From Phyllobates terribilis (lineage: Eukaryota): 64,000 bases of DNA. Position 1 is the first letter of the stretch; the number at the start of each line of letters is the position of its first letter. Below are positions 34,086 through 47,000 of this stretch, piece by piece. The DNA is taken from contig NW_027362768.1 of assembly GCF_046119375.1 (NCBI RefSeq), positions 327,360,001 to 327,424,000 of the forward strand. Reading direction: 5' to 3'. The translations under genes and the position numbers were made by a program. The notes below the pieces were generated by a model, which had not been told where the DNA came from, searched no databases, and saw only the letters and a list, made by a program, of their open reading frames with translations.

Positions 34086-35811
34086 ATGGCGTCCGCTAAT
34101 TATTCAAGCAAATTTTACAATCAAAAAGTCAAATAGCGCTCCTTCCCTTCCGAGCCCTGCCGTGCGCCCAAACAGTATTTTTTCCCCAAATATTGGGTAT
34201 CTGCGTGCCCAGGGGAAATTGCACAACAAATTTTGGGGTCCATTTTTTCTTGTTACCCCTGTGAAAATAAAAAAAATTGGGTCTAAATTAACATTTTTGT
34301 GAAAAAAGTTAAATGTTCATTTTTTTCTTCCACATTCAAAAAATTCCTGTGAAGCACCTGAAGGGTTAATAAAGTTCTTGAATGTGGTTTTGAGCACCTT
34401 GAAGGGTGCAGTTTTTAGAATGGTGTCACTTTTGGGTATTTTCTGTCATAAAGACCTCTCAAAGTGACTTCAAATGTGATGTGGTCCCTAAAAAAATGGT
34501 TTTGTAAATTTTGTTGGAAAAATGAGAAATCGCTGGTCAACTTTTAACCCTTATAGCTCCCTAACAAAAAAAAATTTTGGTTCCAAAATTGTGCTGATGT
34601 AAAGTACACATGTGGGAAATGTTATTTATTAACTCTTTTGTGTGACATATCGCTCTGATTTCAGGGCTTAAAAATTCAAATTTTGAAAATTGCAAAATTT
34701 TCAAAATTTTCGCCAAATTTCCGTTTTTTTCACAAATAAACGCAAGTGATATCGAAGAAATTTTTCCACAATCATGAAGTACAATATGTCACGAAAAAAC
34801 AATCTCAGAATCAGGGGGATCCGTTGAAGCGTTCGAGAGTAATTACCTCATAAAGTGACAGTGGTCAGAATTGTAAAAATTGGCCCGGTCATTAACGTGC
34901 AAACCACCCGCGGGGCTTAAGGGGTTAAAGGGGTTGGATCACATGGGCATTAGTGCCATTAATTGAAGAGAACTTTTTAAAATAGGTATATTCTCCATAT
35001 ACTTATTTTAAAAATTCTGCTTCAATCCTGCTGGTATTCCATAAAAACCTATGTAACTGTTTACATGGGTTTCCATGGAAGTTGTCCTGTGCCGGAGCCC
35101 TATTCAGCAAAAGACACACAGGATGCGACCATGTTGTCGGCCAGCGCTTGCTGACTGACCGCATGGACCATGCAGCACCCGAGCCTGCGATCCAGTGATG
35201 CTCAATCCAGCGATGGTATGTCTGCAGAGGAGATCCTTATCTGCCCTGCCCATATGCATCGCTGGATCATTTGTTCTCTTCCATTCAAGTGAATGAGAGA
35301 GAACAAGGGACGCACATTTACATCCGCTGTTTCTCCCTCGCTCAGCGAGGATTTACAAGCTGGCGGTAAATAACTATAATCAGGCTAAATCCAGATGTCA
35401 GTGTTCCTTTAATAAAGTGCCTGACTGCTGCTTGCTTGTCACAGATTGGAGGGGGGCGGGGCTGTGAGTCAGTGCTATGTGCGGCAGCAGGAGGAGCAGG
35501 CATTCTCAGTCTCCTGGATAAGATCAGAGTGACTACTGCCGGGAGGGGAGGGGCCGGGCCAGAGGGGAAGAGGGGCGGGACCGGAGGGGGCGGGGTCAGA
35601 GGGGAGGGGGCGGGGCCAGAGGGGACTGACTGTGGAACGTGAACTGGCAAAGAGCCGTTTAAATTTCAATTGGCTCCCTGCCAGGAGCCGACTCATATGA
35701 TTCACTATAAAGAGCCGGCTCTTAGAGCCGGCTCGTTCAGGAGCTACCCATCACTATTGGGACCTAATCATCGACTTCAGGTTTCTCCTTCAGTCCCATT
35801 GCCCCCCCCCC

Positions 35812-37730
35812 CAAATATAACCCTCACCCCTCCAATATATAACATCCGGCCCCTCATCCATCCCAATATATAACATCCGGCCCCTCATCCATCCCAATAT
35901 ATAACATCCGGCCCCTCATCCATCCCAATATATAACATCCGGCCCCTCATCCATCCCAATATATAACATCCGGCCCCTCATCCACCCCAATATATAACAT
36001 CCGGCCCCTCATCCACCCCAATATATAACATCCGGCCCCTCATCCACCCCAATATATAACATCCGGCCCCTCATCCATCCCAATATATAACATCCGGCCC
36101 CTCATCCACCCCAATATATAACATCCGGCCCCTCATCCACCCCAATATATAACATCCGGCCTCTCATCCACCCCAATATATAACATCCGGCCTCTCATCC
36201 ACCCCAATATATAACATCCGGCCCCTCATCCATCCCAATATATAACATCCGGCCCCTCATCCACCCCAATATATAACATCCGGCCTCTCATCCATCCCAA
36301 TATATAACATCCGGCCCCTCATCCATCCCAATATATAACATCCGGCCCCTCATCCACCCCAATATATAACATCCGACCCTCATCCATCCCAATATATAAC
36401 ATCCGGCCTCTCATCCACCCCAATATATAACATCCGGCCTCTCATCCACCCCAATATATAACATCCGGCCTCTCATCCACCCCAATATATAACATCCGGC
36501 CCCTCATCCATCCCAATATATAACATCCGGCCTCTCATCCATCCCAATATATAACATCCGGCCCCTCATCCATCCCAATATATAACATCCGGCCCCTCAT
36601 CCACCCCAATATATAACATCCGACCCTCATCCATCCCAATATATAACATCCGGCCCCTCATCCATCCCAATATATAACATCCGGCCTCTCATCCACCCCA
36701 ATATATAACATCCGGCCCCTCATCCACCCCAATATATAACATCCGGCCCCTCATCCACCCCAATATATAACATCCGGCCTCTCATCCATCCCAATATATA
36801 ACATCCGGCCCCTCATCCATCCCAATATATAACATCCGGCCTCTCATCCACCCCAATATATAACATCCGGCCCCTCATCCACCCCAATATATAACATCCG
36901 GCCCCTCATCCACCCCAATATATAACATCCGGCCTCTCATCCATCCCAATATATAACATCCGGCCCCTCATCCATCCCAATATATAACATCCGGCCCCTC
37001 ATCCACCCCAATATATAACATCCGGCCCCTCATCCACCCCAATATATAACATCCGACCCTCATCCATCCCAATATATAACATCCGGCCCCTCATCCATCC
37101 CAATATATAACATCCGGCCTCTCACCCCCCCCCCCAATATATAACATCCGGCCCCTCATCCATCCCAATATATAACATCCGGCCCCTCATCCATCCCAAT
37201 ATATAACATCCGGCCCCTCATCCATCCCAATATATAACATCCGGCCCCTCATCCACCCCAATATATAACATCCGGCCCCTCACCCCTCCAATATATAACA
37301 TCCGGCCTCTCACCCCCCCCAATATATAACATCCGGCCTCTCACCCTCTCCCCCCCAATATATAACATCCGGCCCCTCACCCCTCCAATATATAACATCC
37401 GGCCTCTCACCCCCCCCAATATATAACATCCGGCCTCTCACCCTCTCCACCCCAATATATAACATCCGGCCTTTCACCCCCCCCAATATATAACATTCGG
37501 ACGCTCACCCCTCGGTGGATGACATCCGGCCCCTCGTCCCCCTCAATATATAACATCCAACACCTCACCCCCCGATGGATGACATCCGGCCCCTTGTCCC
37601 CCCAATATATAACATTTGGCCCCTCAACCCCCCCCCCCCAGTGGATGACATCCGGCCCCTCATCCCCCCCCAGTGGATGACAGCCGGCCCTCACCCTCCC
37701 CGGTGGATGACATCCGGCCCCCAGCAGAGG
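35812..37730. repeat. 31-bp minisatellite, ~60 copies
   Basis: (CCAATATATAACATCCGGCCCCTCATCCATC)n with CCCCTC/CCTCTC and CCATCC/CCACCC variants, degenerating at the right end. Confidence 0.97.
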
Positions 37731-37854
37731 CATAACAAGAGTCTGATGGGCCTGGACCTCCCTGCACGTTGGTCGGATGTATCGGCCCTTGTAGCATGCT
37801 GAATCCTATAAACACTTACGTGTTCCCACCACATGTAGTAATGTCCTCAGTTTG

Positions 37855-38530
37855 GGCCCCTTCCTGGTATAATAACCCCCATCCTGGTCCCCTTCCAGGA
37901 ATAATGCCCCTTATCCTGGGCCCCTTCCTGGTATATTAACCCCCATCCTGGTCCCCTTCCAGGAATAATGCCCCTTATCCTGGGCCCCTTCCTGGTATAA
38001 TAACCCCCATCCTGGTCCCCTTCCAGGAATAATGCCCCTTATCCTCGGCCCCTTCCAGGTATAATGCCCCCCATGCTTGACCCCATGCTATAACAATGTC
38101 CCTCCATTGCAGGGCCTCATCCAGGTATAATGCCCCCCATGCTGGGCCCCGTGCTATAACAATTTCCCCCCATGCTGGGCCTCATCCAGGTATAATGCCC
38201 CCCCATTCTGGGCCCCGTGCTCTAACAATGTCCCCCCATGCTGGGCCTCATCCAGGTATAATGTCCCCCATGCTGGGCCCCGTGCTATAACAATGTCCCC
38301 CCATGCTGGGCTTCATCCAGGTATAATGCCCCCCATTCTGGGCCCAGGGCTATAACAATGTCCCCCCATGCTGGGCCTCATCCAGGTATAATGTCCCCCA
38401 TGCTGGGCCCTGTGCTATAACAATGTCCCCCATGCTGGGCCTCATCCAGGTATAATGCCCCCCATGCTGGGCCCAGGGCTATAACAATGTCCCCCCCATG
38501 CTGGGCCTCATCCAGGTATAATGCCCCCCA
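37855..38530. repeat. Two adjacent related minisatellites (~32-bp and ~29/36-bp dimer units)
   Basis: TTCCTGGTATAATAACCCCCATCCTGGTCCCC-type units, then TATAACAATGTCCCCCCATGCTGGGCCTCATCCAGG-type units. Confidence 0.9.
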
Positions 38531-38554
38531 TCATGGCACTGGCGTAACAAGTCG

Positions 38555-39330
38555 GCTCATAACATTTCTCAGCTCACCTGTAAGTGATATTATTGCAAAG
38601 TGGAAGAAACCGCTGCCACAAAGTTGAGACCCCGTAACGATACAGAGCGGGGGGCCAAGTGCTGAAGGCAGAAAAGTCTCCAATGTTCTGCTGACTCCAT
38701 GACTGCAGAGTCCTCCGGAGTAACATCAGCACAAACACTTTGCCCACGCCGAGAGCTTCATGGCCGAGTAGCTGCATGCAGCCGTACATCACCAAGCACA
38801 ATACCGAGCATTGGATGGAGTGGTGTAAGGCCGCCACCACTGGACTCTGAAGGAAACATGTCCTGTGCAGTGACGGATCGCACTTCTCGATCTGGATTTG
38901 GCGAATGTCAGGAGGACGTTACCCACCTGACTGCATTGCGGGCTCTGTACACTTTGGTGGAAGGAGGGATAATGCTTTGGGGATGTTTTTCATGGGTTGG
39001 CATTAGTCCCTTAGTTTCAGTGAAGGGAAATTTTGTACAATTCTCACTTTCAGCTTTGTGGGAAAAGTTTGGAGAATTCGCTTTTCCGTTCCTCATAACT
39101 GTACCCAGTGCATAAGGTCCATACAGACATGGTTGGTGGAGTTTGGTGGCAGAACACAAAGCCCGGACCTCAGACTCATCCAACACCTTTGGGAAGTACT
39201 AGACATGAGATTGTAAGCCCGGCCTCTCCCCAACATCAGTGTCTGACCTGACAAATTCTCTCCTGGAGAAAAGGTGCAAAAAAGTCATAAAGCTCCTGTA
39301 CGTGTAATGTGTATGGGACAGCATAATTTT
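38555..39330 (+). mobile_element. Degenerate Tc1-like transposase fragment
   Basis: Remnants SDIIAKW, SDGSHFSIW and GGIMLWGCFSWVGISPLVSVKGN. Many stops and frameshifts. Confidence 0.75.
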
Positions 39331-40644
39331 TGACATCGTATAATAAACCTGGGCAGCGTCTAGATTTAGCAGACCTTTGCACTTCCTGATTCCATCTAGC
39401 TCATCCTTTTCACTTCTGCCCTGAACTTATTTCCTTTTTATGTGCCTTCATCCTTGGCTAGAGCCTGTTTTCTCTGCCCTCCGTGAGACCTTAGATACTT
39501 TCTCCTCTCTTCAGATTGTGAAAACTTGTGTAAAACTCCCTCCCCTGCTAACACAACGAAGGGCGGTGGAATGCAGAAAGCTGTGAGAACTGAGCTGGAG
39601 CTCTGACGGACCTGTAACATTTTTGCAGAACTAGATAAAAGACATGCACTGCAGCAGGACAAGGGTGGAAAGTTTTTAATGAAGAATAGTTGCTTACCTT
39701 TTCATGACCATATGTCATCACCGTAAAAATGATAGAAATCCTGGAGGTCAGGGCCCATCAGAAGAATAAAGGGAATGCAGCTCCGGTGTAGCGTTGCATC
39801 CTTTTCTAATCGTTTGCCTGCACAGCGGCGCCCTGTGCCACCAGCCTGTGCAGGGAACTGCAGCCATTCACTCTACACAAGCATCGCGTCACCTTTATTC
39901 TCATGGTGTCCCTGTGAAATAATGTCTCAATTTGTGAAATCAAATGATCGCTACCAATCACTCTATAGCTATACCTCAGAATTTCCAGTAAAGTGCTTAC
40001 CTATATTTTAAGTTAATTGCCGCTCCTGGGTGATTTCATCTACGTACGTTTCGCATTTAGCTTCCTCAGGGGGATAGAATTTCTGACCATAGATATTAGC
40101 TATGGTTTCGCTGAAACTTTACTTGCAACTTGGTTGAAAATGCAAGTTATTTTTACAGAAATGCATCCCCGCAGCGCACACACAATCCCTGCACCCCATC
40201 TTTATTAGCTACCCCAGAAAGTCAGTAATGATGGCACACGGGGCAGCCTTAGTGCCAGCTCATGGATAATACAGGCATCTACCGGTCACCGATGCGAACA
40301 AGAATGAAGACAATATAGTGAATGGAGTAGAGCTCAGGGATATATCATAATATACTGTCACTGACTAGTAGGAGGACCACATAGACCAGGGGAGCACATT
40401 TTGTAATCTAAGGGCCACAAAAAAATGTAAAATGATATTTACATGAATACATCATCAGAACCAAGTGTTGTATTTGAGAAGGATTTGGAGGGTTTCTGCT
40501 CCAAAAAAAATCAATGTGAACACACGCTAACTTACATTGACTTCTGGAGCAGAAACCTAACCAAATCCTCCTCATAATCTCAAGGATTCTGAGGATTTTT
40601 CAGTTTTAATATGAATCACGTTATAGATTGCTACATGATTAGAA

Positions 40645-41108
40645 CATGAAAGCAGGGCCAGAACCACTGCCAGTACATGAAAGCAGCGCCAGAACCACTG
40701 TCAGTACATGAAAGCAGCGCCAGAACCACTGTCAGTGCATGAAAGCAGGGCCAGAACCACTGCCAGTAGATGAAAGCAGCGCCAGAACCACTGTCAGTAC
40801 ATGAAAGCAGCGCCAGAACCACTGTCAGTACATGAAAGCAGCTCCAGAACCACTGCCAGTACATGAAAGCGTACATGAAAGCAGCGCCAGAACCACTGCC
40901 AGTAGATGAAAGCAGGGCCAGAACCACTGCCAGTAGATGAAAGCAGGGCCAGAACCACTGCCAGTAGATGAAAGCAGCGCCAGAACCACTGTCAGTACAT
41001 GAAAGCAGCGCCAGAAACACTGTCAGTGCATGAAAGCAGGACCAGAACCACTGCCAGGAGATGAAAGCAGCGCCAGAACTACTGTCAGTACATGAAAGCA
41101 GCGCCAGC
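40645..41108. repeat. 31-bp minisatellite, ~15 copies
   Basis: (ACATGAAAGCAGCGCCAGAACCACTGTCAGT)n. Confidence 0.95.
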
Positions 41109-41130
41109 ACAATCGTTCATACAGGAATAC

Positions 41131-41689
41131 GGTCACGGGTGTGTCAGAGGTGACAGACAGTTGCCCTGCAATTGGTTGCAGGAGATCTCTACATTTGGCA
41201 TTACAGACATCTTCTTAGAGGCTGGCTGTCTCTAGGACCCAATGGCTACCTCCCTCTGGCTAATTAGCTCCCTAGCCTGGGTGTATAAATACCTGCTGTG
41301 TCTGAGAGGGAGCTGCCGGCAATATTCACTACTACTTGTGAAGGCTTAGCAAGAGCAGTACTTCTTTCTCTCTGGAGCTTGAGGCTGTGTGCGCATTTGT
41401 TTGGAGTCATCTAAAGCTAAGCAATCCCCCCCTCTTTGTCTACCCTTGTTTATAGTTTAGTGGAGATCAACTAGTGCTCATCTCCTCCCTTCCCTAGCCT
41501 TAGCCATATGCCAGGGAAAGTCAGGGCTAGGCACGCGTGCGGCGATTGGTGAAGAGCCAATACAGGGACGGTAGTTGAGACAGGGTGACACTAGACCAGA
41601 CTAGGAGGTCTCCAGTCCCCCCTTTCCCTAGAGTCTGGGCTCCCTTTCCCTTTGTGTTGCACTAAGTCTTTCCCACACCTTGCGTGACA
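41131..41689 (+). mobile_element. Solo LTR (559 bp)
   Basis: Termini (G)GTCACG ... CGTGACA (one mismatch to TGTCACG), 5-bp TSD AATAC on both sides, and TATAAATA at ~41284. Confidence 0.8.
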
Positions 41690-41923
41690 AATACATCACC
41701 AAGCTTACAGTGGCATGTAAAGGTTTGGGCACCCCTGGTCAAAATTACTGTTATTATGAACAGTTAAGTAAGTTGAAGATGAAATGATCTGTAAAAGGCC
41801 TGAAGTTAAATTTGACATATTTCCTTTTTATTTTAGACAAAATATATATTTTTTCATCTTTTACATTTTAAAAATTACAAAGAGGAAAATGAGCAGATGC
41901 AAAAGTTTGGGCACCCTACATGG

Positions 41924-43258
41924 TTAGTACCTAGTAGCACCCCATTTTGAAAGTATCACAGCTTGTAAACACTTTGTAGCCAGACAAGAGTCTTTCGATT
42001 CTTGTTTGAGGGATTTTCATTGATTCTTCCTTGGGGACTTCTTACAGTTCTGGGAGTATCCTGGGTCGTCTTGCATGTCAGGGCTGTGAAGTCGGTAAGC
42101 CAAACCTCCGACTCCTCAATTTCCATGACACCGACTCCACGGCTCCGACTCCCTCATACACGGCTCATGTTTAAGTGATAAATTTACTGTAGCACAGATT
42201 AATCTCAGCTAAAAGTCTAGACCCTTAGATCAGGAATAGGACAGACATTTATAGGACATTTCATAACTTTACCAAATTCTTATGAAAAAATATTCCCCAC
42301 AAACTGCATTGAACTACTGTACCCAATTTATTATGTATTTTAGGAGTCGGAGGTGGTCTATTTTATACCGACTCCACAGCCCTGTTGCATGTGCTGCTAT
42401 TTTGAGGTCTAGACACAGAGTCTCAATGACGTTCAGATCAGGGGACTGTGAGGGCCATTGTAAAACCTTCTGCTTGCGTCTCTTGGGGTCGTCCATTGTG
42501 GATTTTGACGTGTGTTTAGGATCATCATTCATTTGTAGAAGCCATCCTCTTTTCAACTTCAGCTTTTTTACAGATGGTGTTATGTTTGCATCAAGGATTT
42601 GTTGAAATTTCATGGAATCCATTCTTCCCTCTACCCATGAAATGTTCCCCCTATCATTGGCTGTAACACAACTCCAAAGCATGATTGATCCTCCCCCATG
42701 CTTAATGGTCGGCGAGATGTTCTTTTCCTGAAAGTCTCTGCCCTATTTTCTCCACACATACCTTTGATCATTATGACCAAAGAATTCTATTTTAACTTCA
42801 TCAGACCACAGGACTTGTTTCCAGAATGCATCAGGCGTGTTTAGATGTTCTTTTGCATACTTCTGATGCTGAAAATTAAGGCGAGGACGCAGGAAAGGTT
42901 TTCTTCTGAGGACTCTTCCATGAAGGCCATATTTGTGCAGGTGTCTCTTAACAGTAGAACAATGTACCACAACTTCAGAGTCTGCTAAATCTTTCTGTAG
43001 GTCTTTTGCAGTCAAGCGGAGGTTCTGATTTGCCTCTCTAGCAATCCTACGAGCTGCTCTTACTGAAATTTTGCTTGGTCTCCCAGACCGTATCTTGACC
43101 TCCACTGTTCCTGGTAACTGCCATTTCTTAATTACATTTCAAACTGAGAAAAGGGCAACTTGAAAACGCTTTGCTATCTTCTTATAGCCTTCTCCTGCTT
43201 TGTAGGCCTCCACCATTTTCATTTTCAGAGTGCTAAGCAGCTGCTTAGAAGAACCCAT
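41924..43258 (-). pseudogene. Tc1 transposase pseudogene
   Basis: ATG at 43258 (MGSSKQL), GRPSK AT-hook, LRRKPFL, VLWSDE, QMNDDPKH and WPSQSPDLN. Broken by stops, frameshifts and a hAT MITE. TAA at 41924. Confidence 0.9.
42079..42384. mobile_element. hAT MITE inserted in the Tc1 transposase gene
   Basis: TIR CAGGGCTGTG / CACAGCCCTG, 8-bp TSD TTGCATGT (42071-42078 and 42385-42392), and CCGACTCC / GGAGTCGG subterminal repeats. Confidence 0.93.
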
Positions 43259-45168
43259 GGCTGCTGTTTTTTGGCACAAGGTTAGAAGAGGCTGGGTTTT
43301 TATAAAGCTGGGAAATTTGTATCACCTGGCCTTTCCTAACGATAGAAGTGAACAAGCGATAACCCTAACAAGCTGATTAAGGTCTGAAACCTTGGTCAAA
43401 GTTATCTGAGCACACAAATCTTCAAGGGTGCCGAAACTTTTGCATGGGCCCATTTTCCTTTTAATAATTTTTAAAAATGTAAAAAAAATGATAATTTTTA
43501 TTTTGCCTAAAATACAAAGGAAATGTGTCATCTTTAGCTTTAGGCCTTTTAGAGATCATTCATCTTCAACTTAATTATTGTTATTGTGAACAGTTAAGTT
43601 TGACCAGAGGTGCACAAACTTTTACATGCCACTGTAGTACAGTGATCAATTGCAGTTTCAGGTCAGACCCACATACTGGGAGCGGCAGGTTTACATGATA
43701 AAAGTGTAAGTCCTTAACAATAGTAAGGAGATACTGGGAGTTGTAGTTACCAGCCATCAGACTGTGGACTGTTCAGCGAGTTCTTGAATGGAGGATAATG
43801 TTGTAATTGCCACAATCGCTTCCTCCTAATAATTGCGAAATCAAAAGGGAAATGCCAGCGGAAGTGTGAGGAAACCCTTGCCATTATAAGAAGGTTGGCT
43901 ATAGGGGGTGACAGACAGCATTATTGCATATAACCCCCCAAAAAATACAACACGACAATTTGTTACATTCTTTAAAATAAAAAAAGAAAATATGTCTGGT
44001 GTAATAAATCCCATTTTATATACTCTACTACTATGAAATTCTGAATTAATAGCGGAGATATGATGCCTAAGTCTGCGAACCAGATCAGATCATGGCTGCA
44101 AGTAGCGGCTCTAGAGGACCCATCCTATTCTGCGAAACACAGACAGTCCATTGATTTGATTCAGCACTGTGTAATGTGATGGCAGCAGCGCAGGGAAACT
44201 GATCACTTATTGACAGTGGAGGACTTTGAGGAAAGTCACATGCAGGGACTAGTTGCCCGTGGCTAAAACTCTAGCCAGTTTTTATTTTTGCATGATTTTG
44301 TTTCGCAAACTATGCTCCATCAGGGGTGCGAGGAGCTAAAAGTGCACTGAAAACACCTATAAATGGTAGAATAAAGATCACAACTCAACACAGCGATAAA
44401 TATAAAGGGATGTCTTTATTTAGTTTTAGAAAAATACACCTTCTTTAATGCAGTGGCCAGGATAGCGTCAGTGCACGTAACATGCTCATCTATTACCATA
44501 CAGTGTTTAGCAGACAGACAACCTCTTTGTTAAAAAAAAAAAAAAATAGCTTTGCAACAAATTATACCCAGACGACCAACGGAGGCCCCCACTAAATAAT
44601 ATACACACATAATAATAATGCACTAGTAATGAGGACATTCAGTTTTAGTGACACGTTCAATAAAATATGCCATTTGTTAGGAAACTTTTGCTGAAAGCAG
44701 CAGATTGCATACAAATCGTCCGAGTATAAAATACAAAAGTATTTAGAAAACGTAACAACTCATAACTGTGCTAAGGCATCACCGAGAGCCATGAAGATCG
44801 GTCAGAAGGAATAACTGGAAATAAGTCGCAGGAGAAAAGTTTACCAGCTACTTTATCAGAGTTACTGTCACTTTAAAAAAAAGTTTTGACACATTGTAAA
44901 TTTTTAAGTTTCAATTGGTGGGATTCAGAGACACCGACTGATCGCCGAAAGAGTAGTCCGCTGAGCACTGATTGAAGACGTCCAGACTCATGGACTTTCT
45001 ACTGAGCCAGTCATCAGTCTCCGAGGAGATCAGCACTGGCCGATCACTTCTGCCCCTTTCTTTTAGCGATCAGTGGGGGAGGGGTCAGAGCATCCAGATT
45101 CCCAGCAATGAAAACTTCAGAGATATATCAAATGTTTTTTTTTTTTTTTTTTTTTTAAAACACATTGA

Positions 45169-45555
45169 AAGGGAATCTGTCAGCAGGTTTTTGCTATTGA
45201 GCATGATGCAGGGGCTGAAGCCCTGATTCCAGCGATGTATCACTTGCGTAGCTGCTTGCTGTTATTTTGATACAAATCACTGTTTTCTCTGCAGCAGATT
45301 TAGCAGTGCTCTGAATGCTGCGCACGATATAACCCCGCCCACACCCCAATGTACACAGAAAGCTGCCAATCAGTGCTGGAGGCGGGGTTAGACTAGGAGG
45401 CACCTAGTCCTGTAGTGATAATCTGCTGATAAAATCCTGATTTTATTGAAACAGCAACACACAGCCTAATAAGTGATACATCGCTGGAATCAAAGTCTCT
45501 GCCCCTACATCATGCTGCTCTCAAATATTGCATAGAAAAACCTGCTGATGGATTA
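45169..45555. mobile_element. TTAA/Kolobok-type MITE
   Basis: AAGGGAATCTGTCAGCAGG start. Internal inverted repeats CCCTGATTCCAGCGATGTATCACTT / AAGTGATACATCGCTGGAATCA. A sister copy lies at 46615-47000. Confidence 0.75.
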
Positions 45556-46614
45556 TTTTTAAAAGAAAAACCCTGTATCAGTAATTTGACTATCTGGTTT
45601 GATGTGTTCTCAAACAACCCCTATACGGCTGTGGCTGGGCTGTATTAGGGCGTGTTCAGACAGAAACACAAACACATCATTCCATGCCGAAAAACTGCAT
45701 AAAAAAGCCGTATGTGAACATACCCCATTGTTCCAATGGGTCAGATTTGAGTTGTATTTTTTTTAATGCACCCAAAAGTCAGTGATAAATCAAATAACAA
45801 TTGAGATCCCATGCATGTGAATGGGGTTTCCATAGAAGACAAAAAATATTAAAAAAAAAAAAATAATAATAATCCATAGATAGTTTTGGGAGCCACTGTA
45901 AAAAAAAAAAAAAAAAAAAAAGTCTGCAATGGAAGTAAGCAATAGGTTACTTACTGCAGGCGGATTCCACATAAAAAAGCCACAATGGAGATCAAACTGC
46001 AAATCTGGGGGGGACGCAAAATAAATTCTTACTGATGAAATAAGTGACAAATTCCGATACATTTCATGATTCTGTAAAGTCCTGGATACAAAGGAAAAAT
46101 AACACTGACACCTACAGGTCATGAGATGGTACTACACGTCAACTGGCAGAACTGTTCTAGATTTGTTCATAACATTATAAATATTATTCTGTCCCTTTTG
46201 TGGATCTGCAAAAAAGTGCAAAATGAAAAAAAAAAAAAAAAAAAAAAGATCCATCGAAAAGAAGTTTTATTAGTAACGGACATAAAAAGAATCCTAAAGT
46301 TCAAAGAAAACTTTGAATAAAACTTTTGATCTGTGTGTAATTTGGGTGGATACGGATTATCTGGAATTAAAAGGGTACTTCAGACCGCCGTGTTTACAGA
46401 CTGCAATACCCGGACCGACCACTGGTTTCCTAACCCAAATTTACAGTCTCATAAGGCTATACAAAATTGTACATTTGAGTCAGATCAGGAGACCCGCGGC
46501 GCAGTCAGTCCTGGCATTGTGGGGTGAACCCGGCTATACACTCAACGGATAGTCAATGTTCAGAGACATTGGCAGTTGGAGCTGAAATGGAATCAGTCAG
46601 CAGTTATTTTGTCA

Positions 46615-47000
46615 TGTAATCTGAGAGCAGCATTATGTAGGGACAGAGACCCTGATTCCAGCCATGTATCACTTAGTTTCCTACCTGCAGCAGTTGTGAT
46701 ACAATCACACTTTTCTCTGCTGCAGATTTAGCAGAGCTCTGTATAACCCCGCCCACATCACTGATTGGCTGTTTTCCGTCAATACTCAGTGTACACGGCG
46801 ACCAATCAGTGCTGGGGGCGTGGCTGGACCAGGAGGCAGGGGACACCTAGTTCTGTAGTGATAATCTCCTGCTGATAAAACACTGATTTTATTGAAAGAG
46901 AAAAACACAGCCCAGTAAGTGATAAATCGCTGGAATCAGGGTCCCAGCCCCTACATTATGCTGCACTAAAATTACATAGCAAACACCTGCTGACAGATTA
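46615..47000. mobile_element. Second copy of the 45169-45555 MITE family
   Basis: Colinear similarity, ending CCTGCTGACAGATT. Confidence 0.7.

Larger units (their letters stand above)
28921..34924. mobile_element. piggyBac-like non-autonomous DNA transposon (6004 bp) nested in the hAT element
   Basis: TTAA|CCCCTTAA ... TTAAGGGG|TTAA termini (TTAA TSD, CCC-start TIR, only 8 bp matching). No transposase ORF. Internal tandem/inverted array. Confidence 0.75.
28112..35756. mobile_element. Non-autonomous hAT element expanded by nested insertions (7645 bp)
   Basis: 12-bp TIR TAGTGATGGGTA / TACCCATCACTA, perfect 8-bp TSD TTGGGACC (28104-28111 and 35757-35764), and subterminal GAGCCGGCTC palindromes at both ends. 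Confidence 0.9.
41708..43634 (-). mobile_element. Full-length but defective Tc1-like transposon of the IR/DR type
   Basis: TA|CAGTGGCATGTAAA ... TTTACATGCCACTG|TA. Long TIRs with inner direct-repeat binding sites (~41897 and ~43425). Confidence 0.93.

Noticed and set aside
34929-35408. Possible TTAA MITE sharing the piggyBac-like element's right TSD
   Set aside because: It begins AGGGG and ends CCT|TTAA, but the putative TIRs do not match beyond 3 bp.
30900-37730. CRISPR-like appearance of regular repeats
   Set aside because: No unique spacers, no cas genes, and a eukaryotic intron-exon context. These are tandem or inverted repeats.
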